From Azolla caroliniana (lineage: Eukaryota; Plantae; Polypodiophyta): a DNA stretch of 64,000 bases. The stretch covers positions 10,230,001 to 10,294,000 of the forward strand of contig JBHGNT010000014.1 of NCBI GenBank assembly GCA_043228905.1, read 5' to 3'. A program made the position numbers and the translations under genes. Below the pieces are notes generated by a model, which was given only the letters and a program-made list of their open reading frames with translations, had not been told where the DNA came from and searched no databases. This document shows, in pieces, positions 39,901 to 52,010 of this stretch. Position 1 is the stretch's first letter. Each line of letters begins with the position of its first letter.

Positions 39901-40445
39901 TCTTCGGGTGACATTGAAATAGGCTTTTCTCTATGCCGGATGACTTCGACCTGTCTTCGAATGATCAACACATCCTACATCATCTCCTTCCATAGGGCTA
40001 CATTTTTGCCATCGAACTTTCGGATCTCAACTCTTGTACCGGATGTTGAAGCCATGTTCTTTATGGAATTGTGATTCATTAACCTGGTCTTTTCTCTTTT
40101 AGCTTTTTTGTTGTTTGTTCCCACCTAACAATAGGTCGGCTTTGATACCACTTGTTGGATATAGTGTTCTGAATGTACGTGAAAGTATGTGAGGACCTGT
40201 AGGTTATGTGCAAAGCAAACAACACAAATAGTATGACAAAGGAAATGGTAGATAGACAAGCTCGAAGGTTTAATGGAAGCTCTCGTTGTTTCTGTTCTCT
40301 CTCTCTCGACAAGACTCAAGATACAAGGATGATCAAGCAACACTTATTACAATGTTAGGTTACGACATATATACTCAAGCCCTAACTATTGGATGTGTTC
40401 ACACTAGTAAGGATACAAAGTAGGAGTCGGCCTTTTATGCCAACA
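36951..40445 (-). mobile_element. Ty1/copia family B element, both LTRs present, internally deleted
   Basis: LTRs 36951-37242 and 40153-40445 (TGTTGG...CCAACA; ~33 differences in ~293 nt by eye); TSD GTGCG at 36946-36950 and 40446-40450; Met PBS TGGTATCAAAGC at 40139-40150; gag (KFDGKN), PR (WLLDFGATFH), LWHGRLGH, partial INT/RT/RH. Confidence 0.92.
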
Positions 40446-40692
40446 GTGCGATCGGTGACACGTATCTGCGTCTCTCTGGCTCGATCCGACTTTGTCTGAA
40501 TAAGCCCTTTTCTTCTAGTGCTCGCTTTCTCTATGGCACTTCTAGCCACTGTACCAACATTCCATGTCAGCCTATCCTTGCCGGTTTCCGGCGCTGCTTT
40601 TACTTCTCCTGTTTCTGGAGGGTCCAGAATTTTTGTCGGCATTTCGATTATGCCTTCAGTTTTGCTCCTGTCGGCCGCCTCCATTGCGTGCC

Positions 40693-41320
40693 TGTTTGAT
40701 AACAGGTCCCTCCGAATGGGAAGTGGAGCTCGAATCGAGGAAAAGGGGAGATTTGATTCCCATGGAGTCGATGAGTAGTTTGGCCGAGCCTGATAGTCGG
40801 AGACTGAAATCAGAAATCAGAAATCGAAATCGAAAACTGAAAATCAAAGGATCAATTTTTTGAAAGATTCAGGATACTATATTTGTAAATAGTCTAAATG
40901 TGCCCCTTGTGGGCTATGTATGTAAATAGCCAGAAAGTTGTATAAGTATAAATACAACTAGGGCAAACTTTATTGGGAGTTGAATCATTATTGTTGTAAT
41001 AAGTTATACAATGGGTAGTTGCCTCTGTATCTATGAGAGAGTGAGAGTTAGCGAGTAACTCCACGGCCGTCAGTTTGATGAAGGAGACCTTAAGGTTGTT
41101 GTCGTGGAGCTTGTCATTGTACTCCTCCTATCATAGTGATCTGTTTGGAGTATGTGGACTCCACATGGTTTTTCCCAATTTGAGTTTTCCATGTTAAATC
41201 TTGTGTCTCTGTACTTGTGTTTTCAGCCTTCTTGTTTTTTTGTCTGTGCATTATCTTTCTTGATCTTTGCACCCAAATGTTTGGTAGTGAAGCCAGTTGT
41301 GGGTTGTCACGATCCTAATA
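40693..41320 (+). mobile_element. Solo LTR inside copia A1 gag
   Basis: TG...TA (decayed CA) ends; TSD GTGCC/GTGCT at 40688-40692 and 41321-41325; homologous to 19343-20093. Confidence 0.8.
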
Positions 41321-41564
41321 GTGCTGACCCACCTCATCCGCCACGGCCACGAGACCTCTCTTCCTCCGTGTACAAACATCTTGTTGTTGGCGTGCGTACT
41401 CGTCGACGCACCCGCGTGGTTCCCCTCTACAAGGAGCATCAATTGTAAGTCGAAAAACGAAGGCGTATTGTCCCTTGTACATACCACCATCCGCAATGCT
41501 CTGAACTTCGACACCAAGCCCCCAAGGTAAACCTGCACCATTTCATCCTCCTTGATGGTCATGT

Positions 41565-44500
41565 TGTCGTGCCTTTCGGTGTTGGATCGTTACGTGAGTC
41601 GGGTGGGAACCATTGGGGTTTTGGACTAGGAGGAGGAATAATTTGAGACGAGTTTAGTTATGAATATGAATCAATTATAAGAAAGAGATATAAAAACCTC
41701 GTGAATCCCACGAGTATAATGTATTTTATTAGAACAATATTAAGATAAGAATATGAATTTGGATTGAAAGAGAGAGATATAGAAACCTCGTGAATCCCAC
41801 GAATATAATTTATTAATTGGTGTTTTTTTAGAAATATATCCAATTTCCAAAGTTTTCACACTCCCCTATTACATTGTGCTCCCCATCCTTATATAGTGAT
41901 GAGAGAGTCTTAGCAATCCATGCTTTTTCTCTAACTATAAACTCCATGCTTTCTCTATCTATAGACTATATGCTTTCTCTAACATGCTTTTCTAATCTCA
42001 TGCGTTTTTTATTGACTATAGTGTTTATGCACGCTAGATGTGCATGTGTAGTTTTTTTTCTATCATGCGTTTTTCTTCTAAGTAAAGTTTTTTTTTCCTA
42101 GAAAATATGTGGGATATCATTTTAACACTATGATGTGTTAGTATAATGGTAAGGCTTTACATTATTGACATGGAGGTACAAGGTTCGAATATTGCCCTAT
42201 GTATGTAATATATATTTTAATATTTTCTTCTATTTCTTCATGTTCATTGAATCTAGTACTCTATACGTTTTTCATGTAGTGTAAGAAATACACTACGACA
42301 CTCGCACCCTCCAAACCCGCACATCCTTAGGTATGTGCCAAAGTTGTTGGAGCTTGTTATTCTCCTTCATTCGTAGTACCCTCAGTCTCTTCCCCTATGT
42401 CAATTATAATTCTAGCCCATTTTCATTGCTTTCCGAACGTCCGTAACTTTTGTCTGATTGCTCCTTTGTATTGGTGTTGTCGAAACTAACATAGGGTTCG
42501 TCGTCACTTCGCTTCTTGAAAATCTTCACTTGTTTCCTCGCTACAGGTACCTGTATTACTGTCCCATCCAACTCACATAATTGGTATGTTCCATTGTCTA
42601 ATACCTTCTGAACTTCGTATGGTCTGAACCACCTTTTAGCAAATTTTCGTATTGAACTATGATGATGGTCCAAACTACTGTCGTAGACTATCACCCAATC
42701 CCCTTCTTCAATCTTTCATGGTCGTAGACGATGCTTTGTGTCGAATCATCTTTTGTTCCGAAATCGTGCTTCTTGTTGTCGACGTATCGCTTTCGTTACG
42801 TCTTCCGGTCTTCCTTGTAGTTTTCATATCCGGATCGCTAGTAGTTCTTCCCGACTCATCTCTTCCTTCCATGGTAGTACTGTCCATGTTGCATCTGCGG
42901 TTTCCGTAGGCATTATTGGTGGTTGTCCGGTCATAAGTTCTGTTATCATATAACCGGTCACGGAACTATGTGTTGTGCAATCCGCCCATATCTGCCCATA
43001 GTGCATATGGAAGTATCTGTGGCCAATTCTTCACTCTTCCGTCACATACTTTCGGAAGTGCTTTCACGATTGGACCATGTCCTCGTTCGATCTTCCCATT
43101 TGCTTCTGGATTGTATGTAGTGGTAGTGTCAACCGAACTCCATGTTGAGCGAAGAATTCCCTAGCTTTATCGGAATCAAGTTCTCCCCGGTCCGCAATTA
43201 CTTGTCCTACGCACCCATACCTCCAGAACACTTCTTCCAAGAGAGATTGGCATACTACGGAACATGATTTTCTTCGTAACCCCCGACCCTCTACTTGGTT
43301 CGTCAGATCCTCCCAAGCTAGCACCAAGTACTTCTTTTGTCCGATCCCTATTGGCATGGCCACGATGTGAGAATGTCGGATGTAATTCATCTCGGTATCA
43401 AACGCCAGAGTAGATTTGGCATTTCTCGCAGCTTCCCGTAAACTCCGCTACATCTTTGTACATATTCTTCCACCAATATTTTTTCTTGATCTTCGCAAAT
43501 GTTGCCCATGTTCCCCGATGTCCAGCCCAATCAGATTCGTGAAATTCGGATATTATTTGTTTCTGTTGTTCCTTTTTGCCGACTACCTGTAGTGGTATGC
43601 CATCCAGTCTTTTCGGCTCCCTCCAGATTAATCCATTGTCTAAGAAGAACTTGCTGACTTGCCATTTCTTTCGTCGAATCTCGACTCTATTGTCTTTATG
43701 GCCTGATGATTCCTTGATTTCTTGTAGCACCTTCCCGATCAGTAAGCTTTCTCCTTCGTACTCGTCTTCCCGGAACTCCCGAATTACGTTCACCCGGGAT
43801 ATATGCCTCGAAGTAAAGTAATTTTTGGAAAGTTCTTCATTATTCGTTTCGGCTACTTCGTCTCCGAAACGTGCTCTTGATAACATATTTGCTACCATGT
43901 TGTCTTGATTGGCGACGGTCTTCGACCGTAGGGCCCACATAGATGTCTGACTACCAATATCTCTTCTTGTCCGAATGCCGATTTCTCTCCGAAGAGTGTT
44001 AGGTGCACATCTTCTAACTTCCATAGCACTTTCTCGCAATCGCGAATATGGTCAACTACGAACTTTCGACATCTGCGATCATCCATAGTCCCATCCTTTT
44101 CTTCCACCAGACATCCGTTGATTGGGATGTCATCCAGGAACGACATCATTATCTGTGGAATGCAGTCTCGGAGCACCTTGTTCATTGCATTCATCATATG
44201 TGTGACCGAGTTTGTTGCTCCTTGTGGTAGCGCGCACATCTGAACTAATCCAATCGGTGTTCGCATCGTAGTGATGTCCCGGCTATCCATAGCCAATTGG
44301 AATTGGTCATACCCGAAGTATAGGTCTCCGATAGAGTGTATCGCACGTCTAGCAAATGCTTCTGCAAATTCATTCACTATCGGACCAACTCCGGAGTTTC
44401 GGATCGTGACCTTGTTCACTGGTTGCAAGTCTTGAATGAATCAGAGTGACCCATTCTTTTTTGGAACCGAAAACCATCGATTTGAGTACGGAGTGTTTGA

Positions 44501-46575
44501 TGGCTCTAGAATCCCTATTGTCACCTTTTCTTTGAGAAATTCAATGATTTTCGGAATATGTGCCTGTGGCACCGGAATTGGCTTCAAGTTCCACGGCACA
44601 TGATCAATCGTGAAGATCACCATTGGCTCCACTATCTTTGGATCAACACACCCTATCTCTTTTGGTGTGAATGCGAATGCTTTTCCATGTTATTCCAACA
44701 TCTCACGAAATCGTTCTTCTTCATTCTTTAAGAGGAACCTACCTCCACCAATCCGGAGTTTCTTTCGGGTCTCATCAGTAAATGTATGTCCAATATCCAT
44801 GGACTTCCGAAGTGACGGATCTTCTGAGACTTTTTTCATCTTTTGTTCACTATTGGCGGGTAATGGTCCCGCATATGGTTTCACCTTCCTTTCCATGGTC
44901 TTATATTTCATACATACCATTGCTTCTTCTTTGCGGAGCACATCCGGCTCCATTTCCACAATGATCTTGTACATCTCGACTGATTCCACCGGAACTACCC
45001 GGTCTTCATGGTGATTCTCTTCTTTAATCTCTTCAAGCCTTTGTAGTGTGTATCCGTAGAACACTTCTTCGATTACTCCAATGATTTCTTCGTCTTCTTT
45101 CATGATTGATGCAGACCGTAACTCATCTTGCACCTTTCGGAATTCTTTCTTCATTACTCCAATTACGGCCGTATATGTAGATGCCCCATCCGAACCGATT
45201 CGTACTTGTTTTGCTCCGAGAGTTTTGTTCCTGTGTGGGGTATCAAGGCTTCTCAGACTATCACTTCCCCTTCCCCACTCCGCAACAGTCTACTTTAAAA
45301 ATCCATTTTTATTTGGGACAAGAGCTCTCTCTTGTTCCTTTCGTGATTCGATGGCACAATTAGGAATTGGACGGTTTTCCCTCCGCTTTGGCTCTGAATT
45401 CGTGCAAAAGCCGTGCCGCTATCGAGCACCTTTGTCTCCATCCGTGAAGCCGTGATAAAGGATTTCCCAAGGATCACGGAATGTGAGACCTCATTTTGCA
45501 CGAAGAAATTTTGGTCAATCTCCACATCTCCGATCTTCACCGTCACATCGGGACAAGTTGCAAATAGATCTTCCGTGGCTTTTGTGACTGCTCGGATCTT
45601 CCATCCATGGCTGGTGTTTATAGGCCACTTCCCCTTCCGGTAGAACTCCTTGGACATCAAATTGATCTTTGACCCATGATCAATCAATGCCAGTACAGGC
45701 TCTTTGATGTTTCTGATTCGGACCGGAGTCCCTATAGTTGCTCATGCCCAGTGTGGCTTTGTGTAGTGAGAGTTCGGAATTTCATCCTCCATTTCCATAT
45801 CGTTCATTAGAATCATATTTGCATTTACCTTTGAAGTATTAGAATCTTCCGTATCTTGCCTCTTTCTCTTCACAAGATCCACGAGGAGATCGTGGAACTC
45901 TTTCTTTGCTATTCCAAGCAATTCCCGGAGAGAAAATTCCACGTGACTATCAAGGATTCTCTCTTTGAACACCTTCTTCAGGTCCTTCTGTGGTTTGATG
46001 TACGAGGTGTTTGAATGTCGGAATCGTTTTTCCTTTTCCTTATCCTTCCGAATTCCAGCTCTCCGGTGTCTTCGATGGTCCACCTGCATCATCCGTGTGT
46101 CGTCTTTTTTCATCTACATACACATCATGTAATTGGCATAGGGCGTATACACCATTCTTCTCTACGGGGCTCTGCCATCCTGTAGCTTCCCAGATGCCTT
46201 CTGCAGTGCTCCGGATTTTATCAGAGTTGGTTTTCTCGGAGATTTCTAGCACTTCTGGCCAGAAAGATGCCTTCATTTTAGATATCTCACCCACACGTAT
46301 TCCTGTGATTGTCACATAATTGATTTTTACCTCTATCTCCTCCTCTAGGACCTTCTTCATGCCGCCTTTTCGGAAGTTCGGCCAGAGTGGCTTCCGAGTA
46401 TCCATCGAATGGATCTGATTTCCTTCATAGTAGATAAGATCCCGCTGTAGAGCCTCCTTGAGCTCATCGCATTCCTTCCGATCATGTTTGGCACTATTGC
46501 ACCATATGCACTGTCGGTCCGTATACCTAGAACTTGTGGGACGGTCTTCCGATTTCTTCACCATGGCAATCTTGT
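41565..46575 (-). mobile_element. Old non-chromovirus Ty3/gypsy copy G0 (5'-truncated): Gag knuckle-PR, RT, deleted RH, INT, PPT, 3' LTR
   Basis: CIWCNSAKHDRKEC, LIDHGSKINLM, FLDDIPING, WAGHRGTWATFAK, VIADRGEL; PPT GGAGGGTGCGAG (42301-42312); LTR 42300 to 41565 with TGTCGT...ACGACA ends. Confidence 0.9.
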
Positions 46576-49500
46576 GGAACAGGTGCATGTGGTGCGACGA
46601 GGTCGGCCACATTCGGAAGGACTGCGGATATTTCGCAGAGGCGTTGAGGAACCGAGTGGTGTACCTGTGGGAAGGGCGGGTGCACGCCGGCGACACCAGG
46701 AGGGCCCTGAACCGGAATGACGGGCGAGGAGGTATGAAGAGACTGATGGAAGAGGCCGCGGCCCGACACGTAGAAGCCATCCACTACTCGGCGTCGGCCG
46801 GAATTCGGGTCGGGGGCAGCGAGGCCCAAAAGGAGGGCAAAGATGGATTCTGGTCGGCAATGCTGGAAGGTCTTGCGGGCGCACGGTTGAGACGGGTCCG
46901 GGAAATAACCGGGTGGAGCGATCCGGTCGAGGAGAAGACGGGCTTCGTAGAAGCCACCTGCCAGAACTATGAGGCTCTGGTAGAAGACAAACGAGTGGGG
47001 AAAGCCGTAGCGGCCGGGCCTTCACAACGGTACGAGACCCGATTCGGGCAACGACGGAACGATGCCGGCGGATCCAGCTCGCAAGATAACCCCAGGAAGG
47101 GCGGATACCGACTGGGGACGGAGATAGAAAGGACTACGGACCTACGAAAGGTCCTAGAAGAACGGATCCTCGACAACAAAGTGGAGCTGTCATTGCGAGA
47201 GGTGTTAGGGATCGCCAAGAAGGAGTTCCACGACTCCATTGTAGTCTTGGTGAAACGGAAGAGGCTGTCGACGGAGACGGATCCGGAAAGACCGGTAGAG
47301 GTGCGGACGACGCACATCGACGACTCAGTGCTGACAGATGAGTGGGCGGAGAGCCACTATTCGAGGCCACACTGGGCCCGAGCGACCACGGAGACCCCGG
47401 TAAAGATCGGAGATGTTCAGGAACCGGTGGTGGCGTTGGTGGACCACGGTTCGGAAATAAACCTGATGTCCATGGACTTCTATAAGAAGGGGAAGTGGCC
47501 GATCAACACCAAGCACGGATGGAAGTTACGGGCGGCAACGCGCGCCACCGAGGAACTCCATGGGGCCTGCCCGAACGTGCGAGTCAAGATCGGCGACGTC
47601 GAGATTGACCAACACTTCTTCGTACAGGAGACGTCCTCGCACCCGGTCATATTAGGTGAACCATACATCACTGCGGCGCGAATGGAGACCAAGGTGCTGG
47701 ACAACGGTTCGGCCTACGCGAGGGTCAAAAGCCAGGACGGGCGCCATTCGGTCCAATTTCTGACGGTGCAGCCAAACCACGAGCGGAACCGCGAATCCCT
47801 CGGTGGCGAGAACCGGGAGGATTTTTAGAGAGGGCTGCCAAGGCGTGGGGCCGAGACAGTCCGTACACTCGGGAAAGACCCCACAGTTGTACGATAGAAC
47901 CGAAACCGAAGAAACCTTGTACGATAGGTAGAAAATTCTGCTTCTCCGGCAACGGAGGGTGTATGATAGTCGGCATCGTTGGCCGAGCAAGGGCAAGGGC
48001 GGAGGAGCGACTTCGAGTGTGCGGAGTTCTCGGACCGGACGAGGAAATCAGCGGGGCCGTGGAGGCGGTCTCCTTCGACGACACCTTGGGGATGCTGAGG
48101 AAGGTAGCCGGAGAAGACCTTAATGAAGACCGGACGATACCGGTATGTTCCGAAGAGATGTACGGAGTCATCACGGACTTCAGTCAGGGGCTCGGGTCGG
48201 ATCGGACAGCCCGAGTTAGCACGAAGTACAAGACTGTGGACCGGAAGGTAAGGCCAGTCGCGGCACCCTTGCCGGAGGGCAGCGAGTCCCGAATCAGAGG
48301 GGTTGCGTCGGACCCCAGTTTACGAGATCCGGCTTGCATAGGACACACCTTCACCGACGGGACGCTCCAGGAGCTCAAGATCGGTGGGGGCGGGTTCCTA
48401 CTGCCGGCGGAGGAAGACCGGTTTTGGAGAATGCTCGGAAGGCACGGGAAAGCCTTCGCATTCTCACCGACGGACCCGACGATCGTGGAGCCGATTGTGA
48501 TATTCACGGTACCGCATGTGCCGTGGAATCTCAAGCCGATTCCAGTACCGAGAGCTCACATCCCGAAGTTGATGGAGCTATTGAGGCAGAAAGTAGATAT
48601 GGGCATTCTCGAACCGTCGAGTGCCCCATACTCGAACCGATGGTTTACCATACCAAAGAAAAACGGAACGATGCGCTTCATTCAAGACCTGCAGCCGGTC
48701 AACAGAGTGACCATTCGGAACGCAGGAATCGGACCGACCATAGACGAGTTCGCGGAGGCCTTCTCCGGAAGGTCGATTTACTCGGTCGGTGATCTGTACT
48801 CAGGGTACGACCAGTTCTAGCTAGTTGTGGAGAGTAGAGACATTACGACGATGCGAACTCCCCTCGGCCTAGTGCGAATGTGTACCCTGCCACAAGGAGG
48901 GACTAACTCGGTGGCCCACATGGTGAATGCAATGAACAAGGTACTGAGAGATTGCATCCCGGACATCACCATGCCGTTTCTGGACGACATCCCGACAAAG
49001 GGGTGCCCGGTGGAAGAGAAGGACGAGACAGTCGGGCCGGACGGATGTCGGCGATTCGTGGCAACACACATCGACGACTGCGAAAAGGTGCTACAAAGGC
49101 TAGAGGATGCGAGGCTCACCTTCTCCGGGGAGAAATCGGCCTTCGGGCAATCGGAAATCCTGGTGGTCGAACAACTATGTGGACCCTATGGCCGGAAGCC
49201 GTCTCCAGCAAAGGTAGAAGCCATCTCCGCGATGAAGACCGACTGTAGCTCGGTTACAGAAGTTCGGAGGTTCCTGGGGGCATGCACATTCTACCACATA
49301 TGGATCCCGCATTACGCCCACGTTGCGGAGCCGCTATACGGGTTGCTGAAGAAAGGGCGAAAATTCGAATGGCGAGACGAGCACACGGAGTCGGTCCGGA
49401 AGCTGAAGGAAGCTCTTGCGGCAGCACCGACGCTCCGGAAGGCTGTCTACGGGAAGGGTACCCCGGTGTACATAACGGTGGATACGAGTCCGACCGGGAT

Positions 49501-52010
49501 CGGATGGGTCGTCAACCAAGAAGACGGGGACGGCATTCGGTTCTCGATCCGATTCGGCGCGAAGGTCCTCAGTGAACGACAGCGAGGGTATGCCTAGGTT
49601 AAACGCGAACTCTGGGGTATCGTTTCGGCAGTAAAGGCCGACAAAGACTACCTGATCGGGGCAGAAGTGATTATCGAGACGGATTGCCTGCCGATTCTCG
49701 GCATGGTTTCCGATTGCGCGACACCGGACCTGGCGATGCTCAAGTGGATAGCGTACATCAAGTCCCTGGACCCGGAAATACGGCACATTTCCGGAAAGGA
49801 CAACAACATGGCCGACATGCTTTCGAGGGCGAGGTTTGATGACGAGGGCAGCATGGTTTCGGAGGACGAAGAAGTCGGCGTTGACTTCTTCGAGGCAGCG
49901 TACGTGACGACCGATGGGACGAGCACTCCGGCACTTAACGACTTTGACGAGAGCAAGTACGACGGCGAGTGGCTCCAGATCGGTGGGTTTTTGAGGACGA
50001 TGACGCCGGATGCGTCATGGACGAAGGACGAGGCCAACCGGATCCGTAAGAAAGCTTACCAATTCTTTCTCCAGGACAGATACTTATGGAAGCACCCAAA
50101 GAAGAGGAACGACATCCCGCTCCGGGTGGTGGCGATGAAGGAAGAACAGGAGGAGCTGCTGACGGCCTACCACGACAGCCCTTGGGCTGGACACCGTGGA
50201 ACGTGGGCCACGTTCGAGAAGATAAAGGGGAAGTACTGGTGGCCGGGACTGTACCGGGACGTGCATCGGTTCGTGACAACTTGCGAGAGCTGTCAGATGC
50301 ACTCCGTAGTCCGACATTAGGGCGAGCTTCACCCTACGTACCCTCCGACCATCCACTTCAAATGGATGGTAGATCTGGTGACGATGCCGATGGGAGTAGG
50401 ATAGATGCGGTATCTGGTCCTGGCTCGGGAAGATCTGACCAACCAGGTAGAAGGCCGAGCCCTTCAGAACAAAACGACCACGGCCGTATGTCGGTTCCTG
50501 ATTGATGACGTGATATGCCGGTACGGGTGCGTCGGGAAGATCGTGGCTGATCGCGGGGAGTTGGACGCCGAAGAGGCCGAGGAGCTGTTCGACCGGCTAG
50601 GAGTCAAGCTCTCGCTTACCACTGCGTACTATCCGGAGGCGAATAGAAAGGTGGAGCGCGGACACAGACCGATCGTCAAGGCGTTAGTTCGGGCATGCGG
50701 AGGTCAAGTCGGGAACTGGCCGCGGCTGCTGCCTTACGCATTGTGGGCTGACCGAACTACGCACAGTTCGGTAACCGGATTCATGCCGGCAGAGCTCATG
50801 TTTGGGTAGAAGCCGATCATGCTGATGGAACGTACGATCTCCTCATGGGCAACCGTGGACTGGAGAGACGAGATGAGCCGGGAGGAACTGCAAGCGGCGC
50901 GTATACGACAGCTCGAGCGAAGACCGAGGGACGTGGAGCAGGCTGCGGAAAAGCTTCGGGAAGCAAGGATGAGGAACAAAGCCCGGTTCGACTGAACGCA
51001 CCGGCTCCGACCGAAGAAGATCGAGGAAGGCGATTGGGTGCTAGTCTACGACAGCAGCCTTGACAACCAGCACCGAGCGACACGGAAGTTCGCAACAAGG
51101 TGGTTCGGGCCTTACGTGGTACAAAGCGCCAACGACAACGGGACATACCATCTGGCGGAACTCGACGGCACAAGAATGGCGAGACCGGTAGCTGGGAAGC
51201 GGATCAAAGCGTTTAAGAAGCGTCACGACGACGAGCCGGATCCGGTTAACCTGGACTGCGACGACGAACGATCCGAAACCGAAGAAGAACCGATGGGCGG
51301 AGAATGAAGGCTGGACCGGTTTTCTCCGTCCCAACACAATTTGGCGCATGCCGGTGGATGCGCGGTTAGGTGGGGGCGGATGTCGTGAAGAAAACCGTCC
51401 ACAAGCGGAATCGGTGCACCGGAGCGTAGGAACCGGCTCTTCGTGCACATGCGCCTTATGTTGTACATAGGATCTCCTAGGCCGGTAGATTCGGTAGGTA
51501 GGAAAACGGCTCCTTCCTTGGCTATAAAAGGAGGGATACGAGGATGGGCAGAGGATCGCGGAGAGTCGAGGACAAAGTGCTGTCGGTTTGCGTGTGAAGG
51601 CTTCTCTCTCTCTCTCTGGTTCGCAAACTCCATAGCTTCCTTCTGTGCAGGTTTCGGGAGGCTCGCGCTGCTCTGAGGAATGCCCGAGTGCTTCCGGCAG
51701 CACCTCCAACTTGCTCCTGTCTTTCTGTGCATTTACGAACAGGCATCGGCATCTGTTCGACGGCCTGTTCGGTTGTAACCGACTCCGTGTTTTGTTGTCT
51801 TCGTGTTCTTGTTGTTTGCCTTTGTTAATACATACATACATTCGTGCCTTTCTGTGTCGCTGTCTCACTTGCGTCTTTGCATCGAAGGGCCGTGTCCCTG
51901 TGGATCTACGCTCGCACGTAGAGGGTTTCTTCCCCTTCCTCTCTTGCTCATTGGTACAGGACCCCCGAGGTTCCGCCTCATTCCACGCATCCGCGAGGAA
52001 AACTTCGACA
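46576..52010 (+). mobile_element. Young Ty3/gypsy copy G1 (5'-truncated), with 3' LTR 51381-52010
   Basis: CMWCDEVGHIRKDC, LVDHGSEINLM, PFLDDIP, RNase H VDTSPTGIG, INT HHCC and IVADRGEL, WFGPY; PPT AGGTGGGGGCGGA; LTR TGTCG...CGACA; several C>T nonsense changes. Confidence 0.95.
47819..47884 (+). promoter_or_regulatory. Candidate -1 programmed ribosomal frameshift signal (Gag-PR to RT-RH-IN)
   Basis: G_GAT_TTT then TAG; 6-nt spacer; stem1 47832-47839/47855-47862; stem2 GTGGGG 47845-47850/CCCCAC 47879-47884; the -1 frame is open into ORF 47963..48820. Equivalent cassettes at 58959-59024 (+) and 45235-45304 (-). Confidence 0.75.

Larger units (their letters stand above)
35330..41564 (-). mobile_element. 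Ty1/copia family A copy A1 (gag-PR-INT remnant), host of nested insertions
   Basis: LDLIHSDV.GPAQNVS, IKCLRSDGGKEYF, GYSNEQKEYKFYNP, VYLGGL...FFDLQLMLLVE; collinear with 53600-55760 once 36951-40445 and 40693-41320 are removed. Confidence 0.85.
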
